A DNA stretch of 63,886 bases, counting the filler, from Octopus bimaculoides (taxonomy: Eukaryota): the NCBI RefSeq assembly GCF_001194135.2. It is 7 parts of 7 records of this genome, joined end to end, with 100 filler letters (N's around TTAATTAATTAA, not from the genome) between each part and the next. Parts side by side here need not be neighbours in the genome. Positions count along the whole stretch, not along the records: positions 61,481 to 63,886 come from NC_068982.1; 6 more parts are not named here. The stretch is one strand, 5' to 3'. The notes under the pieces were generated by a model. It worked only from the letters and a program-made list of their open reading frames with translations, was not told the DNA's origin and ran no database searches. Positions 63,852-63,886 of this stretch are shown here, piece after piece. Made by a program: the position numbers and the translations under genes. Each line of letters starts with the position of its first letter. Within the stretch, counting starts at the first letter, position 1.

Positions 63852-63886
<35 letters not shown>

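Overview
Eukaryotic, AT-rich, very microsatellite- and SINE-dense draft scaffold with many N gaps. The repeat landscape is most consistent with a cephalopod (Octopus-like) assembly; this is an inference. Nearly all ORF-track entries are artefacts of simple repeats or N runs. Three recognisable spliced genes lie on the + strand: (1) the last two exons of a cytosolic HSP90 (ends MEEVD, 33740-34486), whose 5' part is lost at an artificial contig join; (2) one orphan exon of a 17beta-HSD12/HSDL1-like short-chain dehydrogenase (44041-44163); (3) GINS3/PSF3 (exons 47726-47843, <=56153-56308, 58209-58433). Weaker candidates are a minus-strand multi-exon gene at about 2.8-5.7 kb and an orphan minus-strand terminal exon at 36484-36531. 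The rest is tRNA-derived SINE families, decayed LINEs, a Tc1/mariner fragment and hAT/piggyBac-type MITEs. The most interesting unexplained signal is a set of minimal hammerhead-ribozyme motifs of the Penelope/retrozyme type in short repeats. One has a fully intact core inside a 29-bp inverted repeat (50340-50381), and two loci share a CCGAUGA core variant. Six 44N-TTAATTAATTAA-44N spacers are assembly artefacts, so synteny across them is unproven.
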